Notes: generated by a model from the sequence alone, not told the origin. Counted from the stretch's first letter, positions 55,495 through 63,787 are shown. The stretch is DNA of 64,000 bases from Octopus bimaculoides (GCF_001194135.2 NC_068988.1:91580943-91644942); one strand, 5' to 3'. Made by a program: numbers and translations.

Positions 55495-58489
55495 TTGCTT
55501 GTAGTGACATTTGGCAAATACAAACTTATCAAAACAGTCTGTTTAAGAAAGTAGTTTCAGTAAAATTTCCAAGTAATCAGTCATGGCTGTATGGTTAAGT
55601 TTGCTTCCCAGCCTTGTGGCTTCAGCACTGTGGGCAAGTACCTTCTACTAAAGCTTCTGGTCAACATAACTCTTGTGAGTGGATTTGGTAGATGGAAACT
55701 GAAAGGCCATTGTATGTACACACATGCAAATGTAAGAGGACTAAATAAAAATCAATACAAAGTAGAGGGAGCAATTCAGTCCTGGTATATAACTTCTCTA
55801 GTGACATAAAATGTACTCAGTCCATATCATAAAATAGTTGATGATAAGAAGGGTATCCAGTCATAGAACATAACATGCAATGCATAACAAGCTGGCTGGT
55901 TGCTGCTTTTTTTTTGTGCAGCAGCAGAGCTGTTTAAGTTGCATTATAGGTCCCTGAGCAAAACAACATCTATTTATTGATAGTAAGCCATAACATACAT
56001 GGATCAGAAATGGCTCCCTAGACCTTTCGGGATCCCAGGCAATTGCCTTAAGGCAACACTGTGTTGCAAATGATGTAATACCATTTCATATGACAAGATG
56101 TTGCGATGGAATCAAGGCCAGCATGAAGGAGTATACATAAAATAATGATTATGATGATGCACAATGTGTGTGTGTGTGCTTGTACTAAGAATATAAAGAG
56201 AATGTGTTTACCTGTGCCATAGTTGATACAGGGAGATGGTGGTATATTAGCTTCAATGGTTACTTTACTGAATACAAAGATTGGGTTAGTGTCCTGCAAT
56301 ATAATACAAAGAGTATACATTTTTTTATATTATGCAAGTTATGACACAAAAAATTGGTTGAACAAGAAAGAAAAGAAAAGGCTCAGAACAAGTGTAGAGT
56401 TGTAGGATTTCATCATATTTATTGGAAGCTGCAAACTTCACTGACCATTGCTCTGACTAATTCTTGGGCATTAGTACAGATTAAAAACTCTACCATAGCC
56501 AGTTCCAAGCCCAGATGAGAAAGAAGTAGGGTGATAGACATAGAGTTAGCAGCCCAACATGATCAAATTTTAAACATTGCTACTAAAAAGCTAACAAGAG
56601 AACATATGAAACCAGTCCTGGTAAGAGGAAGTAATTCCTAGAGATTGTGTATGATGCAACACAAGCTACAGAGGGCCGACTGCAACCCATTGCCAAATAT
56701 CGAGACAGATAGGTTTCTTATTAGCATCTATACTCCACTCCAAATAAAAGTAAAGACAGTCAGTATGTTTTCACCTTGCGGGGAAAAAAAAAAGGTTAGG
56801 AAAAAAACTTCTAGAAGAAAAGTACATGATAACAAGGAAAACAAAAACAAAGAAAAGGACAAAATATTGCAAAAATATCTTTTTTAGGAGTGTGTTAGGA
56901 AGGATATATGGATTTGGTATTGTTCTCTTAACAATTTCTCTCAGTATTTAATCAAAGAGAAGCATTAAATTCAAGTAGCTTTCTTGACACAATTCTAAAC
57001 TAAAAAACATTTTTTAGGTGTCTCCCACCCACTGCCAAATTTCCTCCTCATTCTTTTTCATGTACTTTTCCTATGGCAGACATGGGATGAGGTATTGAAG
57101 GCCAATCTCAAAACACCAATGAAGGAGAGGACAGAGGACCAAAATATGTGATGAGTTACTCTACCCAAGAAGACCAGCCCACCATAACAGAATTGATCTC
57201 CTAAAACCCAAAGTGCCAGGTAAAAAGCACTGGTGCTGATGCCACATAAAAAAATACCCAGTACATTCTGTAAAGTGGTTGGCACAAGGAAGGGCATCCA
57301 GCTGTAGAAACTAAGCCAAAACAGATTATGGAATCTAGTGCAGACCCTGGCCTTGCCACTTCCTGTCAAGCCGTCCAACCCATGCCAGCATGGAAAACAG
57401 ACATTAAATGATGATGATGGTGGTGGTGATGACACATTCATATAAATACATACACACACACACACACTGGATTTTATATGGTTATATATAAAATGAAGAA
57501 TGATATATACACTTGTGGCTGCTGCCAATGGTAATTATAAGCTTTGGAGTAGGAGACAATGAGGATTTTGGGGGTAAGGGTTAGGGATTTTAAGGTGAAG
57601 AGTAGGATATTATAAGAATGTAGGGGAGGTGTAAGTGTGAAGACTTCAAAAACTGAAGTAGCAAAGGAATGATGAAAATCACTCCATCACAGTCAACCGT
57701 GAATCTATGGGAGGAAACACAACTCTCTATAGGTAACCTATGTGCTTATTTTGGTTGTTTTGACTTATGAAGTCCCTCTAAGCGTGAGGCATTATTGTAT
57801 AGTAATGCCCTTATATAAATTAGATTATATATTTTGGGAATAAATGATGGGTTTTTTTACGCTGACTACTTGATAAATTCTTCTAAAGATTTTATCCTCC
57901 ATTATATTACTCAGAATGTAAAGACAGACGAAATGTTGCTAAGGATTCTGTCTGTCATTCAGCCAACTCACTGTCTTTGCGCTAAACCTGATAACAAGCA
58001 CCAAAAGACATTCAAAAGTGTGGCAGATTTACTGTAGTACCATTTAGAAACAACCCCCTCTGCTTTAGAATCATCATCATCATTATCATCATTAGTATTG
58101 TTGCCATCATCACTACTGCCACCGTGTCCCGAACATGACCACCACCACCAAAAAGAAGGTAACTTGAAGTCTAACTACTCAAACGAAGCTCCTGATGGGG
58201 TTGTATAAAGGCTTTGGTGAAGATGAAAGTAAAGAGATGATGTATGGCGGGGTGTAGTAGACATGCTGACAAAAGGAAGAGCAGGTAACATTTGAGATTA
58301 TGGTGTTAGTTGCATGTTAAAAAATCTGAAACTCTACAAAGTGGAATGGAGAGAAATTGAGACAAATATAGGAGGAAAGGTGAAATACAGTGGAGGGAGG
58401 GATAAAGTCAAAATAATTCAGAGAGAGAAAGGTATGAAGAAGAATGAGAGAGAGAGAGAAAAGGAAAGTGGGAGAAAAGAGAAAGAAAA

Positions 58490-58529
<40 letters not shown>

Positions 58530-58579
58530 ATGAGAGAGTGAAAGCAACAAAGGGAGAGTAATGTGTGTATATGCATGTT

Positions 58580-58610
<31 letters not shown>

Positions 58611-60868
58611 NNNNNNNNNNNNNNNNNNNNNNNNNNNNNNNNNNNNNNNNNNNNNNNNNNNNNNNNNNNNNNNNNNNNNNNNNNNNNNNNNNNNNNNNNN
58701 NNNNNNNNNNNNNNNNNNNNNNNNNNNNNNNNNNNNNNNNNNNNNNNNNNNNNNNNNNNNNNNNNATAAAATAAACAATGAAAAATGTCTTGGCATCATC
58801 TCTAAAAATAGCCAAACAGCTACAACTGCTGTCCACGAGAATGCACAGTGGAGGGAAATAAATATTCGTACATGTCAAAGTTCTTTATTTATGTAATTGC
58901 TAATGAACATAAATGGGAAATACCAATACTATATTTGCATACACCTGCATAAACTAAGAATATGCAAAAGAAACTAATAAATTATAGTAACTAAGGAATT
59001 TATATACAATTATAAATATTTAGGGGTGAAAAAAGTATTCGTACAGAATAAATTTATGAGTTTCCATGCCACAAAATACAATTAAAATAATTTTTTTTTA
59101 CTAGAACTTTCTCGTTTGCTCCAATAATCTTATCAGTAGTCATTTTTAAGTGTCAAAACGCAAGCTTCTTCATCCAGCACTGAGACAACATAAAGTAGTG
59201 TCGTAATAATGGCGAAAAGGAAAGAACTCACAAATTCAGTGAAAGACTTAATTATTGAACAGTGGAAAGCAGGTAAAAGTTACAGGAAAATATCAGAGAC
59301 CCTTTGTATTCCATTTTCTACCATATCTTCATTTATTCAAAGATATAAAAAATCGGGAACTGTTGAAAACAGAATAAGATCCGGTGCACCACGCAAGATT
59401 TCCCCTAGATCTTTAAGAAAAATGAAGCGAAGAATTGAAAAAAATGCAATGATTACCAAAAAGAAGTTGCAAGAAGATCTGTTAGCTTCAGGGACCAGTG
59501 TTACACTACGAACAATCAGCAATGAACTTCATAGGAATGAACTGAAGTCACGCTCTCCTAGAAAAACTCTGCTGTTGACTAAAAGGCATAGAGATGCCAG
59601 TTTAAAATTTGTTTATGAACATAAAGATAAATCTGATACATTCCGGGAAAATGTTCTATGGACAGACGAGTCGAAAATTGAATTGTTTGGATGAAATTCG
59701 CGTAGCCATGTTTGGAGGAAAGATGATACCGCCTATTCGCCGAAAAACAATTCCTACTGTAAAGTTTGGAGGTGGCAACATCATGGTGTGGGGGTGTTTC
59801 TCTGCAAATGGCACTGGCAATTTACATGTGATAGATGGTAGAATGAATGCATAGATGTACCAAAATATTTTGAACAATAATTTATGGGACTCTGTAGAAA
59901 AGCTCCAGCTTTGTGAAGGGTGGGTTTTACAACAGGATAACGACCCTAAGCACACAGCGAAGTTTACCAAAAAAATGGATTGCCAATCATAATATAAAAT
60001 TATTAGAATTGCCAAGCCAGTCATCTGACTTGAACCCCATTGAAAATTTGTGGTGTTATTTGAAAATTAAAATTCATTCAAGAGCCCCAACTTGCATTCC
60101 AGATTTGAAGAAAATTTGTCAAGAAGAATGGAAAAAAATTCCTAAAGAAACATGCAAGTCGTTGATTAAGAACTACAAGAAGAGATTGGTTGAAGTGAAA
60201 CTGAATAATGGTTATGCTATGAAGTATTAAATCAGAATTATCAGTTATTTATGTTCTGTACGAATACTTTTTTTCACTCCTAAACATTTATAATTGTATA
60301 TAAATTCATTGGTTACTATAATTTATTAGTTTCTTTTGCATATTCTTAGTTTATGTATGTTTATGCAAATATAGTTTTGGTATATCCCATTTATGTTCAT
60401 TAGAAATTAAATAAATAAAGAATTTTGACATGTATGAATATTTATCCCCCCCCCCCACTGTATATAAAGGACAAAAGACAGCCAGTCAACTACAGTTGAA
60501 ACATTCCTGTCACAACATGGGACCTTGAAGACTGCTTAAATGCAAGAAACTATATTAGTCCTTTAATATTTGATACTCAATATTTCATTTATTCAATAAG
60601 ACAACTAATACTTCATTTCATTTTACTATATATACTATATATTCTATATCTTACATTACTATTATAAGACTATAAATAAAACATAAAAAACAGACAGAGT
60701 TGGAATTACTTTGAGTAATATATTCTTCTATACACAATCATACAAACCCCTTTATATATCATCATCGTTTAACGTCCGCTTTCCATGCTAGCATGGGTTG
60801 GACGATTTGACTGAGGACTGGTGAAACCGGATGGCAACACCAGGCTCCAGTCTATATATATATATATA

Positions 60869-60924
<56 letters not shown>

Positions 60925-62081
60925 TCAAAACAGTTTGATACAGACTCCTTGGTACTCTGAGTTTCAAGCGTACGGCTAGTCTTTGGCAATTGGGGTCTGA
61001 ATGAGAGTTCGATTGAAGAGAGTCAATGTTTATAATTGGATGTTAGCTTGCAACTGATCTAGAAAGGTCACGCAGTATAGCGGATTGATGTTGGTATTTT
61101 AGCGACAACAATTAGTTGGAAAATACCACATGGTGAACAGGAAATCGACCATGTGGTGGACAAAAAATTGGTTATGTGATTGGGGGGAAGTAGGAAGGGG
61201 TGGTAGATGTGAGAGTATATATGTAGAGGTATATGCCCATATATCAGCGTGTATGCATCCGTACTTATACGAGTGTGTGTGTGTGTAAGCACACATACAC
61301 ACTCGAATAAGTACAGATACATGCAAGCAGATTATGGGCATATACATGTAAATACATATACACCCCCACATCTACTGCCCCTTCCTACTTCCCCCCAACC
61401 ACACAACCGATTTCTTGTCCAACACACAATTTCCTGTTCTCCATGCGGTTGATTTCCTGTCCACCATGGAGTTGATTTCCTGTCCACCATGGAGTTGATT
61501 TCCTGTTCACCATGGAGTTGATTTCCTGTCCACCATGGAGTTGATTTCCTGTTCCCCATGGGGTTGATTTCCTGTTCCCCATGGGGTTGATTTCCTGTTC
61601 CCCATGCAGTATTTTCCAACTAATTGTTGTTGCTGAAATACTGACATCAAACTGCTATACTGCGTGACCTTTCTCCACCAATCACAGGCTAACATCCAGT
61701 AATAAACATTGACTCTCTACAATCAAACTCTCATTCAGAACCCAATGGTCAAAGACTAACCACACGCATGAAACTCAGAGTACCAATGAGTCTGAATCAA
61801 ATGCTTTGGTCTATACATGTAACCCCCAATAAATGTGTTGAGTGCCCTTCTTTCGTTTGTCTACTCATTTGTATATGTGTATATATATATGATTGATTGC
61901 TAGCCACTAAACCATTTTTTATTTTCTCTCTCTGTTTATGTCTGTGTTCCTTTCTGTTGAAGAGCGTAGGCTCGAAACGTAAAAGAATTTCTCACTTCCC
62001 CCAAGCATTAGACCAATACATCTGTTTGTTGTTTACACACCTGTCTTTATCTTTCATTTTATTTGTTTTTTTGTAAATTCA

Positions 62082-62145
<64 letters not shown>

Positions 62146-63781
62146 ACTTGGGGATGGTCATATTGCCAGTTTAGCCAATAAAAACACACGCACTGTATAT
62201 TTGGTGTTAATTTGCTTCAGCTTTATATTACATTAATCTTAATCTTATTTCGGCCAGAGTTCTTTCGTCACACTTCTGTGACCTCATCAGTGGTCCTTTG
62301 TTTCCTTCTTTCTTATGTGTGTCTCACCTTGCTAACTATCAGCCATATATATATATATACACACACACACACGCACTCACACACACACACACACCTCTCT
62401 CTCTCACTCTTGCCTATAAATATATCAAAGTAGAAATTAGAATACATACAGTTCCAGCACAGTAGTGCCCAACACGACAGCTATTGTCCAAACTAATTCC
62501 ACCACTGACCAACATCACCTGTTTGTCTGGAGCAATTCTACATAACCTGGCAACATGAGACTTGAGGACAGAGACCCTGCAACGACAATCAATACATTGG
62601 GTAATCATTAATAATAACTCTACAAACAGCTTTAGGAATGATAAGATGTTACGCACATGAAAATATATAGATAATATATACAAAGCCCCATTACTTTGTT
62701 GTCACTTACACTTAACTAAATAATTTCTTATTTCACACATCACTGGAGGTAAAACGCAATGAGACTATAGCACTTGTAGTTTACACCATGTGTAAACAAA
62801 CACACAGATATTCTACACAAGTTTCTTTCAGTTCCTGCTGACCAAACCATTCAGAAGGTCCAAAGTGCCACACAGTGAGACTGAACCTGAAACCATGTGG
62901 TCAGGAAGCAAATTTCTTAACTACAGTAATATGCATAGGAAGGGAAATATATGTTACCGTGATATAAAGGAAATATGACATGACACAATATGATCTCACA
63001 TGAGGCTACTAAAATGTCACCTTTTGACAGTAAATTTACACAGAAGATGATATTTCTATGAACATTGCTTGTTTCTAAGTGAGTCAGAAGAAGGTTAGTA
63101 TCCATAACTTCTTGCAAGCCCCACCCAAACATTCTAGCTGTCCTTCTTTACATTCATGGCCTTGTTTAACCTTTTTGATATCAGCCAATCTCAGAGCACC
63201 CTTGGTTCTGTGATACAAACTTCCTGTTTTATATGGATCTAAATGAAAACTTTCCCTAAGAAGGTTTAATGATGATTAAGTTATAAAGTTATTTTACTAA
63301 TTCTTCATTAATTTCAAAAATGAATTGAAACAAAAGCAGTGTTTCAACAGGAATATGATAACTAAAGAGTTAGTCATATCTGTCCCTTTACATTTTAACC
63401 CTTTAGCAATTAAACTGGCTATAACTGGCTCTGGCCAGCCCCAGCCTCTCACACATACCCTACAATACCATTCTAAAAATAACAATCACATCATCGAAAT
63501 CTTCAAGCTATGTGATAATGCATGATTAATTTGAAACAATGTGAATAAATAAGCATCACATTTGACAGAGTAATCTGAATGCTAAACGGTTAATTCTTAC
63601 TTCGTTGAATGCATGTGAAAGTATGCTAGAACTGAAGTCTAGCTGGGAGGCCTGTTTGGCTTTTGACAGGTGAAGACACGATATAAGAGATGTGAGTAAT
63701 GTGTCATACTTACGTCTCAGTGGTGTAGCAAGTATCAATGGTTAGCATCTGGCCTAACTCAACAAGAAACACATACAACAT
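4547..63781 (-). CDS. RB1CC1: RB1-inducible coiled-coil protein 1 / FIP200 (Atg11-family autophagy scaffold); 24 coding exons, 4245 nt, 1414 aa
   Basis: Spliced translation starts [17 protein letters not shown] and contains [70 protein letters not shown] and FQSGDLVL...[31 protein letters not shown]. These match RB1CC1 motifs recalled from the human protein. All 23 introns are GT-AG with compatible phases. Confidence 0.97.
4833..4903 (-). CDS. RB1CC1: RB1CC1 exon 23 ([23 protein letters not shown]), Claw domain
   Basis: 71 bp, phase 1-0, ctgttag| ... |gtaagt; PWVLG...KEYC.AKK. Confidence 0.96.
4992..5119 (-). CDS. RB1CC1: RB1CC1 exon 22 ([42 protein letters not shown]), Claw domain
   Basis: 128 bp, phase 2-1, tgtgtag| ... 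|gtaagt; FQ.GDLVL and FLH motifs. Confidence 0.96.
5382..5437 (-). CDS. RB1CC1: RB1CC1 exon 21 ([18 protein letters not shown])
   Basis: 56 bp, phase 0-2, ttcttccag| ... |gtcagt; start of the Claw domain. Confidence 0.92.
5640..6230 (+). mobile_element. Degenerate RTE-clade LINE fragment (post-YADD RT region)
   Basis: Reads ...RISVA...[14 protein letters not shown]... and shares extended similarity with the RTE fragment at 23635-24111 (opposite strand); many stops and frameshifts. Confidence 0.7.
7204..7246 (-). CDS. RB1CC1: RB1CC1 exon 20 ([14 protein letters not shown])
   Basis: 43 bp, phase 2-0, atattgtag| ... |gtaagc; its phases bridge exons 19 and 21. Confidence 0.82.
8643..8674 (+). 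pseudogene. 3' 32 nt of mature tRNA-Trp including CCA (copy 1)
   Basis: GGCTGCGTGTTCGAATCACGTCGGGGTCACCA matches the variable loop, T-arm, acceptor 3' strand and CCA of eukaryotic tRNA-Trp(CCA) as recalled. No 5' half or anticodon arm. Confidence 0.85.
8708..8739 (+). pseudogene. 3' 32 nt of mature tRNA-Trp including CCA (copy 2, one C>T in the T-loop)
   Basis: Identical to 8643-8674 except GTTTGAATC; period 65 bp. Confidence 0.85.
10270..10340 (+). mobile_element. Small RTE-type LINE relic
   Basis: Frame reads [12 protein letters not shown], a typical RTE post-RT motif. Confidence 0.55.
11008..11115 (-). CDS. RB1CC1: RB1CC1 exon 19 ([35 protein letters not shown])
   Basis: 108 bp, phase 2-2, ctcttcag| ... 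|gtcagt. Confidence 0.85.
11525..11793 (+). repeat. High-copy SINE-like family A with (GAT)n tail; other copies near 6560-6710, 27130-27320, 42120-42420, 48763-48900, 49750-50020, 57230-57420, 60760-60850
   Basis: Recurring ...GGCATCCAGCTGTAGAAACTCTGCC...CCAACCCATGCTAGCATGGAAAGCGGACGTTAAACGATGATG in both orientations. Confidence 0.85.
13358..13720 (-). mobile_element. tRNA-head SINE family C
   Basis: 5' GGAGGCGCAATGGCCCAGTGGTTAGGGC tRNA-like head and (AAC)n tail; near-identical to 37842-38203. Confidence 0.85.
14247..14328 (-). CDS. RB1CC1: RB1CC1 exon 18 ([26 protein letters not shown])
   Basis: 82 bp, phase 1-2, ttttttcag| ... |gtaagg. Confidence 0.9.
14551..15006. mobile_element. Two adjacent piggyBac-type (TTAA) MITEs; the same pair recurs at ~51981-52487
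   Basis: Ends such as TTAACTCT...AGAAGGGTTAA and ...AATGCTAAAGGGT(T)AA; internal sequence shared with other copies. Confidence 0.6.
15367..15638. mobile_element. hAT-type non-autonomous element, left end truncated
   Basis: Right end ...GGTCCGCGGACCACAGTTTGAAAACCCCTG and repeated GCGGACCCC subterminal motifs. Confidence 0.6.
16262..16361 (-). CDS. RB1CC1: RB1CC1 exon 17 ([33 protein letters not shown])
   Basis: 100 bp, phase 0-1, tacacag| ... |gtaact. Confidence 0.9.
17565..17684 (-). CDS. RB1CC1: RB1CC1 exon 16 ([40 protein letters not shown])
   Basis: 120 bp, phase 0-0, cctcttag| ... |gtaggt; coiled-coil composition. Confidence 0.9.
18220..18656 (-). mobile_element. tRNA-head SINE family B (CORE-like centre, internal (TA)n); other copies near 7440-7770, 9125-9290, 19645-19972, 43170-43300, 48960-49345, 52915-53250, 55580-55720, 62810-62920
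   Basis: Head GGAGTGGCTGTGTGGTAAGTAGC...GGTTCAGTCCCACTGCGTGGCACCTTGGGCAAGTGTC, the last part resembling the CORE-SINE core; multiple copies visible. The family name is not verified. Confidence 0.8.
18670..20210 (-). repeat. Head-to-tail array of SINE family D (~200-230-bp units, (ATT)n tails), interrupted by a family B copy
   Basis: Repeated GAAAGGATGAAAGGCAAAG...GAATTTGAACTCAGAA units separated by AAT runs. Confidence 0.8.
23400..24115 (-). mobile_element. RTE-clade LINE fragment, RT C-terminal half
   Basis: ORF 23635-24111 reads IFADDMVLL...QVETFKYLG...RIAGA...[10 protein letters not shown], then degenerates. Confidence 0.88.
29210..29930 (-). repeat. Head-to-tail array of SINE family D (about 4 units)
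   Basis: Same unit as 18670-20210. Confidence 0.75.
30302..31381 (-). mobile_element. Penelope-like element fragment: GIY-YIG endonuclease core between ~305-bp inverted repeats (30302-30606 / 31077-31381)
   Basis: ORF 30566-31081 has [22 protein letters not shown]...L..R...HR. The repeat arm encodes the C-terminal [16 protein letters not shown]. The arms are reverse complements of each other. Confidence 0.88.
31726..31930. mobile_element. Mariner-like terminal fragment
   Basis: TA-CAAGGGGGTACTGAAATTTTTCTAGCTT resembles a mariner TIR; the partner end is not seen. Confidence 0.45.
33425..33895. repeat. 18-bp minisatellite (ATGAGGAGTCATAACAGC and variants), about 26 units
   Basis: Direct tandem periodicity; produces the MRSHNS / MTPHAV repeat ORFs of the track. 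Confidence 0.95.
34891..36655 (-). CDS. RB1CC1: RB1CC1 exon 15, giant exon (Ser-rich linker followed by the central coiled coil, ends ...KLEAEKT)
   Basis: 1765 bp open frame, phase 2-0, gttttccag| ... |gtgaga; lies within ORF 34816-36654 of the track. Confidence 0.93.
37208..37308 (-). CDS. RB1CC1: RB1CC1 exon 14 ([33 protein letters not shown])
   Basis: 101 bp, phase 0-2, cccctacag| ... |gtaagt; PR.FD...P.I motif. Confidence 0.94.
37842..38203 (+). mobile_element. tRNA-head SINE family C, full length, 14-bp TSD
   Basis: A-box/B-box-like head (TGGCCCAGTGG ... GTTTCGATTCC), (AAC)n tail, and ACAGTTAATGGATG at 37820-37833 and 38204-38217. Confidence 0.88.
39888..40251. mobile_element. Possible Helentron/DINE-like non-autonomous element with TTAGGG-like tract
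   Basis: TTTTCACTTT (39893-39902) is inverted at AAAGTGAAAA (40240-40249); degenerate (TTAGGG)n at ~40196-40232; CpG content is above the flanks. Confidence 0.35.
40315..40373 (-). CDS. RB1CC1: RB1CC1 exon 13 ([19 protein letters not shown])
   Basis: 59 bp, phase 1-0, ccattgcag| ... |gtaagt; LF.GL...P..F motif. Confidence 0.94.
41576..41657 (-). CDS. RB1CC1: RB1CC1 exon 12 ([27 protein letters not shown])
   Basis: 82 bp, phase 0-1, tctgttacag| ... |gtgagt. Confidence 0.92.
41927..42060. repeat. (AAT)n trinucleotide microsatellite
   Basis: Direct reading. Confidence 0.95.
43694..43880 (-). CDS. RB1CC1: RB1CC1 exon 11 ([10 protein letters not shown]...[22 protein letters not shown])
   Basis: 187 bp, phase 2-0, tttgtctag| ... 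|gtaagt. Confidence 0.95.
44255..45375 (+). repeat. Head-to-tail array of SINE family D (4 full units + 1 partial); further copies near 21880-22080, 51075-51490, 53490-53700
   Basis: Units begin near 44255, 44481, 44712 and 44913, each GAGCTGGCAGAA...CTGAGTTCAAAT...GCCTTTCATCCTTT...GGCCTTGTGCC. Confidence 0.8.
45714..45953. mobile_element. hAT (Charlie-like) MITE
   Basis: CAGCAGTCCCCAAAC ... GGTTAGGTGACCCTG degenerate termini. Confidence 0.5.
46060..46241 (-). CDS. RB1CC1: RB1CC1 exon 10 (KFSSQLETT...[16 protein letters not shown])
   Basis: 182 bp, phase 0-2, tttggacag| ... |gtaagt; AK.EL..NLHVRL motif. Confidence 0.95.
47148..47318 (-). CDS. RB1CC1: RB1CC1 exon 9 ([57 protein letters not shown])
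   Basis: 171 bp, phase 0-0, cttttccag| ... |gtaagt; MK..KGLE.RLY.LD motif. Confidence 0.96.
47622..47678 (-). CDS. RB1CC1: RB1CC1 exon 8 ([19 protein letters not shown])
   Basis: 57 bp, phase 0-0, ctccccag| ... |gtatgt. Confidence 0.92.
47935..48440. repeat. GA-rich ~18-bp minisatellite/(GA)n tract spanning an assembly gap, just inside the exon 7 donor
   Basis: GAGAGAGGGAGGGAGACA-type units; N run at 48139-48268. Confidence 0.9.
48460..48631 (-). CDS. RB1CC1: RB1CC1 exon 7 ([17 protein letters not shown]...SLLDWIYQQ)
   Basis: 172 bp, phase 2-0, ttctctcag| ... |gtaatt; IPLL and SLLDWI motifs. Confidence 0.93.
50124..50210 (-). CDS. RB1CC1: RB1CC1 exon 6 ([28 protein letters not shown])
   Basis: 87 bp, phase 2-2, tctttcag| ... 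|gtaagt. Confidence 0.9.
50783..50898 (-). CDS. RB1CC1: RB1CC1 exon 5 ([38 protein letters not shown])
   Basis: 116 bp, phase 0-2, cttacag| ... |gtatgt; conserved HD.HLQ.QGWAA..ANL. Confidence 0.96.
54745..54830 (-). CDS. RB1CC1: RB1CC1 exon 4 ([28 protein letters not shown])
   Basis: 86 bp, phase 1-0, tattccag| ... |gtatct. Confidence 0.88.
54960..55220 (+). mobile_element. RTE-clade LINE 3' end relic
   Basis: Reads ...[34 protein letters not shown]. Confidence 0.7.
56212..56293 (-). CDS. RB1CC1: RB1CC1 exon 3 ([27 protein letters not shown])
   Basis: 82 bp, phase 0-1, attgcag| ... |gtaaac; DTNPIF motif. Confidence 0.95.
58846..60460 (+). mobile_element. Full-length (1615 bp) Tc1-family DNA transposon with ~210-bp IR/DR terminal repeats
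   Basis: CAGTG...CACTG termini; TA on the right, CA on the left; arms ~58846-59052 and ~60247-60460 are inverted and each carries two TATTCG/ATACA-type direct repeats. Confidence 0.93.
59209..60230 (+). pseudogene. Tc1 transposase pseudogene (DD34E)
   Basis: N-terminal [31 protein letters not shown] and [11 protein letters not shown], with 34 residues between the second D and E. Three frameshifts and one in-frame TAG are visible. Confidence 0.93.
60923..61811. mobile_element. Foldback (near-palindromic) element flanked by TA
   Basis: The left arm 60923-~61286 is the reverse complement of the right arm ~61289-61811, apart from a tandem expansion; the centre is GTGTGT-AAG-CACACA. Confidence 0.85.
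61425..61616. repeat. 23-bp tandem repeat (GTTGATTTCCTGTCCACCATGGA), about 8 units
   Basis: GTTGATTTCC recurs at 61448, 61471, 61494, 61517, 61540, 61563 and 61586. Confidence 0.95.
61947..61987 (+). ncRNA. Variant minimal type I hammerhead-like motif (A6 replaced by U)
   Basis: UUCCUUU-CUGUUGA-A-GAGC(GUAG)GCUC-GAAA-C-GUA-AAAGAA: stem II is perfect, stem I is 5/6, stem III is palindromic ACGU. Confidence 0.5.
62252..62296 (-). ncRNA. Minimal type I hammerhead ribozyme motif, sense to RB1CC1 intron 2
   Basis: GGACCA-CUGAUGA-G-GUCACA(GAAG)UGUGAC-GAAA-GAA-CUC-UGGCC: intact core, 6-bp stem II, stem I with one bulge, 2-bp stem III. Confidence 0.7.
62450..62576 (-). CDS. RB1CC1: RB1CC1 exon 2 ([42 protein letters not shown])
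   Basis: 127 bp, phase 2-0, ttgcag| ... |gtatgt; ubiquitin-like N-terminal region. Confidence 0.95.
63395..63593. mobile_element. piggyBac-type MITE (TTAA-CCCTTTAGCA ... TGCTAAACGG-TTAA); related copies near 15190, 17270, 52260, 54468
   Basis: TTAA at both ends, short terminal inverted repeats and conserved internal sequence across copies. Confidence 0.75.
63714..63781 (-). CDS. RB1CC1: RB1CC1 coding exon 1 ([22 protein letters not shown]; exon extends to 63793 with 12 nt of 5'UTR)
   Basis: Acceptor cctttctag| at 63794, GCCACC-ATG, donor |gtaagt, ends in phase 2. Confidence 0.93.
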
Positions 63782-63787
63782 GGTGGC
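63779..63787 (-). promoter_or_regulatory. Consensus Kozak context at the RB1CC1 start
   Basis: GCCACCATG read directly on minus. A splice acceptor 12 nt upstream of the ATG implies a non-coding first exon and promoter outside the window. Confidence 0.85.

Larger units (their letters stand above)
48139..58765. other. Assembly gaps: 48139-48268, 49591-49731, 51061-51070, 58611-58765 (also 28085-28094)
   Basis: N runs next to microsatellites. All are intronic, and exon phases are continuous across them. Confidence 0.99.
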
